Positions 21,391-32,000 of a DNA stretch of 32,000 nucleotides are shown here, piece by piece. The stretch spans positions 60,001-92,000 of the forward strand of contig NW_008806292.1 in NCBI RefSeq assembly GCF_000400465.1, in the 5' to 3' direction. The stretch's first letter is position 1. Each line of letters starts with the position of its first letter. The position numbers were made by a program, and so were the translations under genes. The DNA comes from Wallemia ichthyophaga EXF-994. Taxonomy: Eukaryota; Fungi; Basidiomycota. The notes beneath the pieces were generated by a model that saw only the letters and a program-made list of their open reading frames with translations, ran no database searches and was not told the DNA's origin.

Positions 21391-21398
21391 TGACGTCA
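21391..21398. promoter_or_regulatory. CRE palindrome TGACGTCA in the POB3-YPD1 divergent spacer
   Basis: Perfect 8-bp ATF/CREB site about 235 bp upstream of the YPD1 ATG. Confidence 0.4.
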
Positions 21399-21633
21399 CT
21401 ACGTTGAAAAGTACTCAGAATTAAATGATTTAAATTTATATGTAAGAGGCCCACACAATCGCTGCAAATAAGCTACAAAATTTTGAAATTTGTAAAACGA
21501 TTACATCAGTGATCATGTAGTGGAGCGCTCTGAACTCAACCCCCTTCCATCATCATCATTGACTCAGAAACTAAACGCAGACGGTTAGTTGAAATTAAGA
21601 AATAAAACCAAATCTCATTAAAAATTATTTAGA

Positions 21634-22449
21634 ATGTCATCGCCTAGGAATACTTTGGATACATCCGAAAATCCAAATGATCGGTTGAATTCTCCAGTTG
21701 CAAAGAAGGAGAAGCTTTCAGATCTATCTCCGGAGCCACAGCCTGAATCTTCTCAAGGCGATGACAAGTCTTCAAAGCCTCCAAAGCCTTCAAGTCCATC
21801 GCATGATGTTGAGGCGCACAAGTCAGACAAGTTGGATGATTCTAAGAAACATACCGAAAATTCTTCTAATCTCAATGATCAAGACAGCCCCGCTAAACCT
21901 AACAAAGATGAAGAATCACCTCAAAATGAACCTAAAGATCAAGACAAAGAAGACAAAGAAGACACTCCAACTCACAAGACCACTGAAACAGACACTCCAG
22001 CTGACAATCAGGCTAAAAATGATAAGAAGGAAAGACCTGATCCTAAAAAGCCAGCCGGAATTGTCGATATGGATACATTTGGTCAGATATTGGAAATGGA
22101 TGAGGATGAAAGTGACAGAGATTTCAGTCATGGAATCGTAGTCAACTTCTATGAACAAGCTCACGTCACTTTCGAAGAGTTGGACGACGCTTTAAAGAAA
22201 AAAGACTTACACACCCTTCACACTAAAGGTCATTTCCTCAAAGGTTCCTCCGCCGCTCTTGGTTTAATCAAGGTAAAGGCTTCATGTGAAGCTATCCAAG
22301 TCTATGGCAGATTACAAGACCCAAAGACTCACAAAGAAATTTCTGAGCAAACTGCATTGCAACAAGTCGAGAAAGCTCTTTCAAACGCAAAGGATGAGTA
22401 CGAAGAAGCTGAAGGTTGGCTTAAAGCATTTTATGATGAGCAAGATTAA
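21634..22449 (+). CDS. YPD1: Histidine-containing phosphotransfer (HPt) protein with a long acidic N-terminal extension
   Basis: VDMDTFGQILEMDED..DFS and GHFLKGSSAALGLIKVKASCEAIQ, which contains the phospho-accepting His. Confidence 0.93.
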   Translation: MSSPRNTLDTSENPNDRLNSPVAKKEKLSDLSPEPQPESSQGDDKSSKPPKPSSPSHDVEAHKSDKLDDSKKHTENSSNLNDQDSPAKPNKDEESPQNEPKDQDKEDKEDTPTHKTTETDTPADNQAKNDKKERPDPKKPAGIVDMDTFGQILEMDEDESDRDFSHGIVVNFYEQAHVTFEELDDALKKKDLHTLHTKGHFLKGSSAALGLIKVKASCEAIQVYGRLQDPKTHKEISEQTALQQVEKALSNAKDEYEEAEGWLKAFYDEQD

Positions 22450-22626
22450 CTTAATACCATGTATCCCCTTAATTACTTGAAATATTATCTTTCCCGTACC
22501 TAGTACGTCATACGTATTGAGAAGATAGGTTGATTGGGATATTATGTATGTCACCTATATTTTGCTTCTACCCTCTTATCTCATCGTCCAATTCCATCTT
22601 CTCAACCACCACCATCTCCGAAATCC

Positions 22627-25600
22627 ATGGAATCCATTCCATGCAGCTACACAACTCTACCACCACTCTCAAATTCCTTGGAATGGACTCAGGCGTTTAT
22701 AAGCCTCAATAGCAAGCTAAATCTCAAGGATATAGCCTACGATGGCCATCTAATCCCGATGCTTGATGTTTCTCTCACCCTTTTCGATCAAGCATCGTTT
22801 AATAAGCCGAAATCATTGATTCCTTCGTCTGTTATCGATACTCCATTCGTACACCTCCTCTTCCTCCAGTGCGAAGATAACGAGTACTATAAATCAACTC
22901 TCAAGCCTAAAATCAGAGAATGGCTGCAGACAATTAGCTCCCACAAGCGTCAAGAATGGGTTATTGTCCTCATGTCTTCTTCCTCACAAAACAAGACAAA
23001 CAACATCTTCAAAATAAAGTCTGGTGTTATCGATAAGATTAGGATGGATTTTAACTATGATAAGCGTGACCGATGTGTACAAATATCCCGTATTGGGGTT
23101 AATGGTATTGAAGATCCCAACTGCTGGAATCCTCTGCTTGACAAACTTAAAGAAGCCATCGTCGCTGGTTTTGACCTCAACATAAACTCGCGCTTTGCTG
23201 ACGTAGAAAGATCAGAGAGTCAGAGAAATTTGCCAGGTTGGAATTTCTGCACTTTTTTTATCCTAAAGGTATGTCTTGGTGTCATCTCACAGTCTTAGCC
23301 CTGACAACACCTACAGGAATCACTCGCTTTGTCTTATATTGGACTGAATCTCTTCCAGGAAGCTCAATTGGTTTACGAGCAGCTTGAGCAGCTGTTTCAC
23401 CAATCCTTAGACAACAATACGGTCATCAACCAATTTATCGACTCAGGTGGCAAGGAAATACATGACGACTCTGGTGACCTTCTCTCTACCACCAAGAAGC
23501 CATATAGACAGATGATACTCTCCAATTCGATATCCGTGTTCGACTTCAGACTTTATCTGTTCGCCTGTCAATGTAACATAGCTGGTGAGCATCTTGGCAA
23601 CGTGGAATTGGTCGCACAACGCTCCATTAACTTCATTAATATGTTTAGTCGTTCTCTCCAGCCCAAATTGGTTAGTGTTTTCGAACCTTACTAAATCATC
23701 TAACAAACATCAAGGCGGATCTCAGACCGTACTTTGTGCAGTACTGGAAGTTTGTCGCGAGTTTGACGACGATATACCAATGTGATCGGTGGTTCACGGA
23801 AGAGCACAAAGTGAACGACGTGAATCGCGCCCACCAGTATTCATTACGCAAGGCTGAGCTGTACGATATAGCGATCGACCAGGTATGAAGAAAGCTTCCG
23901 CATATATGACTACTAACTACCGAAAAAGCTTCAAGATTTGAGTATCAGATTCGGAATTCTGCCCAACAAATACCCCTTTGCGCAAGACAAGTACATCAAA
24001 GTACACGTCGACGAAATACCCCAAACGACACACAAACAGCTACGGCAAGCACTCAGCAGCAGGCGAGAGTTTGACAAGCTTTTTATCCATCTCTGCAGCT
24101 CTGCTGCGCGGTACTACCGCCAAGTTGCGAAATTTAAAAAGGCATGGTCGCTTGATCTCCTCGTAGCCGGACTGAACATGTAAGTGTGGATTTCTCTGCT
24201 CGTCATCAGATCAGCTCATGCCGCTACCTACTTCTCACCTCTAGGGAACGCGGGCATTACGAGTCATCCCTCCGATTCTTCGAGCTGCTCAACGCGTCTG
24301 AGGCGCGGTCCATGTGGTATTCGACGCGTATGTATGCTTTGCTTGGACAGCTGCTCTCGCATGCGCATCTTGACCGCGTGCGCGATGAGCGCTGGGCGGA
24401 CGCTGCTCTCGATCTCGTCCAGATCGCCTCCACACTTGATGCGACTGAGCGGGGGATGTCTGCTGCGATGGTCGATCAGATGGGCGGTGGTGATGTTGGT
24501 AGTTCCGCTACTTGGGGAGGTTTTGAGTGGCTGCTTCGTGAGCTCAAGATATTTGCGCAACACGCTCATAAGTCTTTCGATATCCCCCTCAGCCCCTCCT
24601 TGAGGGTGTCATTTTCGAGTGTGCGCCCTGATGTTGTCTTCAGCGATGACGACGACGGATCGTCGATAGATGCGAGGATCGATAGCAATCTGCCCTGCGT
24701 GAGTCTGCGCGTCTTTTCAGTACTCATTAAATTCACAATATCTCAATACAGTCACTTGTCGCTGACGCAGTCGTGTTCACTTTCCACTCGCTGAGACATA
24801 GACATGGCATAGAGTATAGGTGCGACAGCGTGAGGTTGGAGCCTGGTCATAATGCTGTTAAGGCCTTCTGCTCGACACCTGCACATGATATCTTCTTTTT
24901 GGGCGCTGTCAACGTCCTAGCGTCTGGTATAAGCTTTTTGGAGCACATACCCGTCAGTGAGGGCAGGAGGCGCTGCTGTCTGAACATACCCTTCGACGCA
25001 CGTGCCCTAGCTGTGAAACTGGAGAGACCAGACAATGGTAGGTAGATGATTGACAAGGCACTCTCATCAGCTCATCTGATTGCACCCACCAGTTGTCGTC
25101 GGTAGTGGTGCACTTCACCTCAAAATGAAAGCGGGGCGAAAAAAGATGGATGCTGCAACAGTTCGCCTCACGAGTCCCCATTTAGTTTTCGGGTATGTTG
25201 ACAGTGAGTTAATTGATGGTATGTAGAGGCGTAACGTGGTGCAACACACGCTAACAAGCACAATGTCAGACACTGATAATTGCAGTCTGGAGCGTAACCC
25301 TGAGAGCGTGATATTGCGCAACCTAGACACTCAGACATGGTGCACCGTCGCCATCCCCTACCACGTCTTTCAAGACACTGACGTCGCCACGGTGAACGTG
25401 CAGGTGGACTACACCTCAGACGCTAGACCCCACCAGCTCGTTAAGACGCTCGCGTACGACCTTGTCAATCCGCTAAAGCTGCATGTGTCGCATACGCAGA
25501 TGAGCGATATGTGAGTAAATAACCTCTAAAGACGTATTGCTTAGCACCCCTAGAACCATTTTGTCTGCCGATGTAGCAGCGTCGGCTGGATACAATGTGC

Positions 25601-26778
25601 GCGTGAAAGATGTCCGGCTTGTCAGTACGCAACATTCGCATCATTCACATTCGCATAGCGCAGATCCATTCGTAAGTACCCTACACTGCTGTTAAGCAAT
25701 TCTATTGGATACGCCGATGGTCTAACCGGCTCTAGATACTCGCTGCTGGCGAAAAAGCGTCTTATGGATTCACTATTAAGAGCGACGAATGCAGTGATTT
25801 GGGTCTACTTGCAGAATACAGCACTATCGAGAATGGTGGGTTGTGCCCTGGTTACGCTGAAATTTCCGTTGACTTTGCTATAGAAGTTTACAACATGTCT
25901 TATGAGATTGTGCAGCATGAGTTGAACGCGCACCAGCTCAAACACCACGCGCAGTGGGTGTCAAAATTCATCACTGCCCACCATACATGGAGTCACTCAA
26001 GCGGATATGAATTCAAGCAGGTCGACGAGAACGCGCTCGACGATGCTCTAAAAACATTTGCCTTCACTGAGGGGGAGAAGCTGGCTCTGAGGGGGGTCAT
26101 AGTCGGTGCTATCGAGGTAGGTTTTGATTGTTGCCAATCCTATTCTAAAGATGCATAGCGACTACCATCTCACCCCATTGAGTCTCGTCATTGGGATAAT
26201 TGTACTCTTCCAATCAAGCTGCCAATCGCTGAGGTAAGTCACCCTACCGAAAAGACATTCTAGCTCACTTTCTAGATTGTCGCTTCTGGTAGCATAAATT
26301 TCAAGCAGCACACCTTGAGATTGGGTGAGGCGGCGCTAGTTAGCATTTTGTTGTCGACAAGTGGTGCTGCCGATGGCGAAGTGCTGCACTACGAGCTCGA
26401 CACACCACTTGACGAGTGGTTAATCAGCGGCAAAGCGCGTGGGGAGTACAAGGTGAGAGGGATAGTTTGAGTTGCTGAACACACTAACTTGTCCAGGTCG
26501 TCACCGATAAGCCGTTCATATTTACTATCACGCTTCTACCTATAAAGATGGGTGCTATCACACCACCGCGTTTGAAGGTTTTCAGCAGGGCAGGCCGCAC
26601 CGTGTCAACATTCATAGAAAATGAACTGCAGAGAATCGTTGTCTTTTCGAAGACGCGCTCCGAACACACTTTTTCCATTGAGATGCCGCGCAGAGAGCTC
26701 CTTGATTGGGCGCGCGAGCGCGAAAAGAATAACAAGCTCCTTTCTTACCATGCTGGAATGACGTTTCAGGGCCATTAA
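22627..26778 (+). CDS. TRS130: TRAPP II complex subunit Trs130/TRAPPC10 (multi-exon)
   Basis: Conserved PFVHLLFLQCEDNEYYKSTLKPKIREW, DKIRMDFNYDKRDRC, LPGWNFCTFFILKESLA and SVFDFRLYLFACQ segments. In-frame exons continue to the stop at 26778. Start and internal exon boundaries are approximate. Confidence 0.85.
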
Positions 26779-26865
26779 CCGTGCTGAAAAACTTATTTGT
26801 GTAGAACATTATATATTTTATGGTCAAGTACTATACTTGGTGTGTCAATGTGTTTTAGGATATGT

Positions 26866-27462
26866 TCAACGCCAAGAAAAGCGAGAGACTTTTTCAACTA
26901 TCTTGTCTCGAAAAGAAGGATGGTGCAAATAGATATAGTCAGCAGTTAAAGCCATCAAAGCAACTATTAAACCCGAGGCGAGGTAGAACAAAGCTGCAAA
27001 CTTTGCGAAGTCATCGTCATCAAAAAAAGCTTGAACATCGTGGATGAATGCCAAAGAAATGACATAATTTGGATCGAACACTATTCCAACAAGAATGAGG
27101 TTAAACGATCCGCGGAGAAAAATCGGTACTTTTGAATCTGAGATGAATTTTGCACATACGCCTCTGAGACCGTCTGAAGCACCACCACTCTGAGTCTCTG
27201 ATAAGTCACAACTAAACCCATTTTCAACCAGTTTAGCCTTCTCAATCTCCTCCGATTGGTCCCTTCTCCATCCATTTGACTTGTTTTTATATAAGGTTGG
27301 AAAGAAAGCAAGACTAAGTGTTTGTACAACGGCAAAGATAAAAGATAAACCAAACATGAAGACGGCTTGGGAAAGACATGATTTGGAGACGTGTCTTCTA
27401 TCTGGTGCGTTGTCATAGAGATAATGTAGTGTGCTTTGTGCGTATTCCATGGTTGTAGTCAT
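26866..27462 (-). CDS. Hypothetical small multi-pass membrane protein (about 198 aa)
   Basis: ATG at 27462 (or 27450). Hydrophobic stretches AVFMFGLSFIFAVVQTLSLAFF, FNLILVGIVFDPNYVISLAFI and FAALFYLASGLIVALMALTA. No family recognised. Confidence 0.65.
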   Translation of the reverse strand: MTTTMEYAQSTLHYLYDNAPDRRHVSKSCLSQAVFMFGLSFIFAVVQTLSLAFFPTLYKNKSNGWRRDQSEEIEKAKLVENGFSCDLSETQSGGASDGLRGVCAKFISDSKVPIFLRGSFNLILVGIVFDPNYVISLAFIHDVQAFFDDDDFAKFAALFYLASGLIVALMALTADYIYLHHPSFRDKIVEKVSRFSWR

Positions 27463-27696
27463 GGCGGGGTTGTTGATGGTTTTATTCAAAAGCTCCGGAT
27501 ATCGTTCCTATGACAGTCTCCGATGTCCGCCAGATAATTACGTCAAAGAGAGTGAAAATTTTGAATGTTTAAGTAGAGTGTCAATGTATTACATAAAATG
27601 GATCATACGTAAAAGATATAAGAACAATACGTGATAATGGGGTGGTAGTTGTAGTTGTAGCTCAAAAGAGCCACGATCCGCGGGGAAGAAGAGGTG

Positions 27697-27752
27697 AGTG
27701 TGTTAGTGTGCTAGTGTGCTAGTGTGTTAGTGTGCTAGTATGCTAATGCACT
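27697..27752. repeat. 8-bp minisatellite (AGTGTGYT)n, about 7 units
   Basis: agtgtgtt agtgtgct agtgtgct agtgtgtt agtgtgct agtatgct aatgcact, directly 3' of the PQ-loop gene stop. Confidence 0.85.
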
Positions 27753-27765
27753 ACTGCGCTAAATC

Positions 27766-28590
27766 CTAATCCGCTTCATCAGTTTCTTGCTTTAAACAAC
27801 TATCGCGATAACGGTAGTAAGCGAACTGAGAGAGAACGACGAGATCGAGGAGAACGGTGCCGATAGTTCCAACGAGCCAACTCATGTTAATCCACAAATA
27901 ATCCCCATCGGTGCTCTCAAAGAGAACTTGAGCGACGTAGCTGCAATTACCGCACAACGCGAATGCGAAGAGGGGTATCGAAAGGCCATCGCAGTGAGTG
28001 TGGGTGTTTTTGATAATCTGGGGGAAACGCGAGAGTATGTAGAGTACAGCACTCGTCCAGCCTGCAAATTGAGCTGTGGGGGTTGAATGGAGAGGTGGTG
28101 TTCCCATATATTCCTTGTCGGCGTTGAGGATGAATGATAGCGCTCCTCCGAAAACTACGAGTGCTGTGCAGAGGAGGTTGACGAATAGCTGGTGAGATTC
28201 CTGTTGCTGGTGGCGGTGTTGCTCCTGTACGCTCAAAAGTCTGTCTGATTCGGTGGGATGCGTTGGTGCAACACCCTCCTCACTCCCGCTCCCACTTCCA
28301 CACTCACTAATCCCGTTGTTTCCCCGATAAATCCACATCTGCCACAGGAGTATGACGTCGCACGCCGTGTAGTACAGCGCGAGGATGAGCATAGGCGGTA
28401 GGAGGTGTACCATGAAGCCGCCAACGAGATTGGTGATATCCCCGAGCAGCCATATCACGACGAAGGTGAGCGACAGACCAGAGGCAGATTGAAGGACGTA
28501 GTTCTCGTAAATCTGGGGACTATATACGACGAACCAGCTCAAGATGCTTATCCAGCCAGATGCAGCGCTGAATGTACTCCTGCTAACCAT
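27766..28590 (-). CDS. PQ-loop vacuolar/lysosomal cationic amino acid transporter (Ypq/PQLC2-like)
   Basis: ATG at 28590. Two PQ motifs (VVYSPQIYENY..SGLS and LSRFPQIIKN..GLS); 7-TM pattern. Confidence 0.9.
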   Translation of the reverse strand: MVSRSTFSAASGWISILSWFVVYSPQIYENYVLQSASGLSLTFVVIWLLGDITNLVGGFMVHLLPPMLILALYYTACDVILLWQMWIYRGNNGISECGSGSGSEEGVAPTHPTESDRLLSVQEQHRHQQQESHQLFVNLLCTALVVFGGALSFILNADKEYMGTPPLHSTPTAQFAGWTSAVLYILSRFPQIIKNTHTHCDGLSIPLFAFALCGNCSYVAQVLFESTDGDYLWINMSWLVGTIGTVLLDLVVLSQFAYYRYRDSCLKQETDEAD

Positions 28591-28706
28591 TTCTGTGTGC
28601 TTTGGGTGGTGGTTAAGACTCAAGACACACACGCATTGGAGAATTTTCAACAAAATTTCAATAAAACAAGCAAAACAAAGCATTCGTTTCTTCTACACCT
28701 CACACT

Positions 28707-29969
28707 TCACCCCCTGGCAGCCTTCATCATCTCCGAAATGCGCGTCGCATTCTCGCCATCCCTGTTCATCCTCTTCTTCTGGTAGAGGGGCAAGTCCTGC
28801 GCGCCTACCAAAAACCCTGTCGGCCTACTACGACCACTTGGTTTATCTTTTTCGAAAGTGCTTACGTACTCGGGTGACCCGATGGGGAAAGCGGTAGCGA
28901 AATGATGCATTTTCTCGAGACTGCCCGCCTCGACGACGTCCAAGTGTATGAAAGCGCCTTCAAGGGTATTCTTACCGCTATGGTTGTGGACCACACGCGG
29001 CACTTTACCAACGGAGGCCTTCTCGACGACTCTGAAATTAGCTGTGCCTGCCTTTTCATCTCTGCGGGCGCTAGTGCTATCCTTGGCGCCTGCGAAATCA
29101 GTCGCTGCCATATTGTGCAAGTTTGACATATCGGTGGTAGCAACGAGACCAGCGAGAGCAATAGGTTTTTTCTGTCTGTTGGCAAAGTTACGCGTGGTGG
29201 GGGAGTGCGGCAGGATGCGACCTGGGAGAGGGGGCGTGAGGCGAGCAGATTCGATAGGAGATGGATGTGAATAGCGCAATCCACCATTCGCGTGCATGTT
29301 GCTCACGAGCACTTGCCCGCGCTGCTCGTCTACTCGCTTGCGCTGCTCTTGCTTGAGGAACTGCTGGTAAGTGTATGCGTCCGTCTGTGCAGCGGCGTAG
29401 AGATCCACGGGAGTGTGAGTGTTGAGTTTGCCATCCTGACCACCCTCACTCTTCTGCCCGCGCATCGCTGCCACTGCTGCCGCGCGCTCACCAGCCAATT
29501 TGCCGAGAAAAGACCTAAAAGCAGGGCGCCTTTCATGGAGACGGGCGACGTAGCGGCGAAACTCGTCAGCAGACATAGCCTCGATATCGGGGCGTGTAGA
29601 GAGGGAGGCGAGGGGGGAATCGGGGTTATCGTGTGTGTGTTTCGCGGAAGGGGGAGCAGAGCTGGAGCTATTGCTATCGCTGTAGCTGCTGTAGGGCGCT
29701 ACAGCACTGCTGACGCCATGCACCGGTACGCGCATGTCGCTGATGCGCTGCACTACCTTTGCATCGCCTGTGGTGTTGGAGTAGTCCACCGCACCCAGCT
29801 CGTTGTCTTGCGACTTGACTCGGATCGATTCGCCTCCAATTACCCCCCGCTTGAACCCGTATTCTCCCCGCTGGCGCTGCGCCCGGCTCGCCGTGTAAGT
29901 CTGCGCTATTGCTGGGTCGTAGCTGGCGAACTTGCTCCTTTGAAGTATCTTTGCGAATGAGTTGGACAT
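28707..29969 (-). CDS. MRP51: Mitochondrial small-subunit ribosomal protein Mrp51 (bS1m)-like
   Basis: N-terminal FAKILQRSKFASYDP..YT..RGEYGFKR resembles the Mrp51-family signature. Confidence 0.75.
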   Translation of the reverse strand: MSNSFAKILQRSKFASYDPAIAQTYTASRAQRQRGEYGFKRGVIGGESIRVKSQDNELGAVDYSNTTGDAKVVQRISDMRVPVHGVSSAVAPYSSYSDSNSSSSAPPSAKHTHDNPDSPLASLSTRPDIEAMSADEFRRYVARLHERRPAFRSFLGKLAGERAAAVAAMRGQKSEGGQDGKLNTHTPVDLYAAAQTDAYTYQQFLKQEQRKRVDEQRGQVLVSNMHANGGLRYSHPSPIESARLTPPLPGRILPHSPTTRNFANRQKKPIALAGLVATTDMSNLHNMAATDFAGAKDSTSARRDEKAGTANFRVVEKASVGKVPRVVHNHSGKNTLEGAFIHLDVVEAGSLEKMHHFATAFPIGSPEYVSTFEKDKPSGRSRPTGFLVGAQDLPLYQKKRMNRDGENATRISEMMKAARG

Positions 29970-30083
29970 CTTGTATCCCGTTTATATTTCTCCAACTGCA
30001 AATGCCGTGGTGGTTGGGGAGAGAATAGCGAGTATCGAGCACGTCGTGAAAATGAAAACAAAGATACAAAAGCGTCATAATGA

Positions 30084-31398
30084 TCAAAGCTTAGATTTTC
30101 TGCACAAGCTGTTACTATTGTCCACCACAACACCCTCCGCTCTCAGCTCGAGTATCTGTTGCTCAGTGTATCCCTCCTCGCGAAGAATTTCCGTGGTATG
30201 TTGAGCGAGGAAGGGCGGCGGGCGGTGAACCTCCAGCCTTTTCCCGCCATATCCGACAGCGGGAGCAGTGAGTTTGAGGGCACCAATGCGAGGATGATCC
30301 ACCTCAGTAACCACACCTCTAGCCAGCGACTGGGGATGCTCCAAGGACTGGGCGATGTTATTGATCGGCCCAAACGAGAAACGTGCTTTCGCTTCACTAA
30401 AAGTATCTAGCCAGTGCTGTGTGGAGTGTGATGATATGATTGTACCCAATTCGCCCACTAGGGCAGTGCGATGACGCACTCTGCCTGCATTGCTCGTCCA
30501 CTCACCCTCCAACCACTCGCGCTTCCCTAATATCCCGCTGAGCGACTCAAACTGCACATCACTGCCCGCTCCTATCATTATCTGACCATCGAGCGTGGGG
30601 AATGTCTGATAGGGGACGATTGAAGGGTGGCTTGTGCCCTGACGCGTAGCTTCTTGCCCCGTGACGAGATAGTTGGAGGCTATGTTGGCGAGCGAGGCTA
30701 GTTGCGTGTCGAAGAGGTTGATGTCTAGATGGACACCTTCCCCGGTACGCTGTTTGTGGAAAAGTGCAGCGAGTATTGCTCCGTGAGCATACAGACCAGT
30801 CGTTATATCCGTTATAGCGACACCTACTTTCACAGGAGATCCATCTCTCTCACCAGTTATATGCATTAGACCAGCTTCAGCTTCAATTAGCACATCGTAG
30901 CCAGGTGCATTGGCATATGGACCAGTCTGACCATAACCCGTTATAGAAGCATAAATGATGCCAGGGTTTATACTCTTTATTGTGTCATAGTCTAGGTTGA
31001 AAATTTTCAGCTTGTTGGGTAAGAAGTTTTCAACAAGAACGTCGGCATCTTTGACAAGATTGTGGATGATAGATTGACCGTGAGGGTGCTTGAAGTTAAG
31101 ACCTAAGCTGCGTTTGTTTCTGTTTGAGGACAGAAAGTAGGCTGATTCAGGGGGAAGGTGGGGAGCGGGGGAGTGCGGCTTGACGGGTGCGGACGGAGGA
31201 AGCCAAGATCCTTTGAAGGAAAGGAGTGAGCGGGAGCGTAAGTGGTCAAGTTGATGAGCACCCACTGGTATCATCACCACGCGTAGGTTCTTCAATCTTC
31301 AAGACAGAAGCACCCATATCACCGAGTAGCATTGTGCAGAGTGGGCCAGCGAGTACCCGTGAGAGGTCCACGACTTTGATCTTCTTTAAGGGCAGCAT
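30084..31398 (-). CDS. Family III CoA-transferase (CaiB/BaiF; SUGCT-like)
   Basis: [37 protein letters not shown] (intron 31265-31211), [15 protein letters not shown], and VAITDITTG with the catalytic Asp. Confidence 0.93.
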
Positions 31399-32000
31399 AT
31401 AGAAATGATGGATGTGAGAGTACAAGTGGGTATGTGTGGATTGTAATTAAAGGGAATGGCTGTGTTATGTGCAACCAGAACCAGTCAGATGAATCCAAAG
31501 ATGTTTTATATGCCCAGTTAATGAGACTTGGATGGAGTGGAAGCAGCCCAACAAGCCAATTTGACTGGGATCGTTGAATAAGCTTGAATATTTCAAGTGA
31601 TTACTACAATTTACTAGCACTGCTATTAAATAGAAATCACTAGAAATATTCAAATGAACGTTCCAATCAGATTTTAATCTCAGCACCTCAGTCAAGCACC
31701 ACCACCAACCAACTAAAAAATCAAAGGAAAAGTTTAAAGTTAATTTGATAAACCAATTGAATTGATTTAAGCTTATCTATTAAACTCCTTATATATCTAA
31801 TCCTAGGTATATCGGGTTCATTGGTTAGTTGGCTTGATTGCCACATTGGGAAGTAAGCAGCTAACATTCCAAATAGAATAGTCATCAAACACACCTTCAC
31901 TGGTTGTAGTTTAACTATTATCTTCTAAAGATCTATTATGGTTCAAGTTACTCAAAGACGCGATGGATACAGCCACACTCCACTCGCACAGAAACACAGT

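Noticed and set aside
31800-32000. Possible start of another + strand gene (intron-like signals; ATG near 31938 open to the window edge)
   Set aside because: Too little sequence to assign a frame or product.

Overview
Eukaryotic DNA from an extremely compact fungal genome: introns are about 44-66 nt and many intergenic gaps are 0-150 bp. The pattern fits a Wallemia-like basidiomycete, but that taxonomy is inference only. About 18 protein-coding genes can be modelled by hand: a 5'-truncated bZIP factor, a GCS1-type ArfGAP, an orphan ORF, a PHOSPHO2-like HAD phosphatase, TFB1, ATE1, an unusual retropepsin-fold protein, SCS2/VAP, SKT5/CHS4, FZO1, an ESC2/Rad60-like SUMO-domain protein, POB3, YPD1, TRS130, an orphan membrane protein, a PQ-loop transporter, MRP51 and a family III CoA-transferase. 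The most striking element is the intronless 559-aa gene at 6624-8303 (-). It carries a Ty3/gypsy-type aspartyl protease domain whose catalytic D-S-G reads N-S-G, and I see no gag, RT, integrase or LTR nearby. It also has a basic NLS-like patch, tandem EEGEI/EDGEI motifs (ARS2-binding type) and a VIDLT+acidic SUMO-interacting motif. This suggests a domesticated retrotransposon pseudo-protease acting as a nuclear scaffold. Other oddities: two divergent genes whose start codons overlap in one CATG, a bZIP with Gln at the invariant Asn, an MCB array phased at 11 bp, a 2.45-kb gene-free island, and frequent AAG acceptors and GTGGGT donors. All gene models and homologies come from manual reading and motif recognition; no database searches were run.
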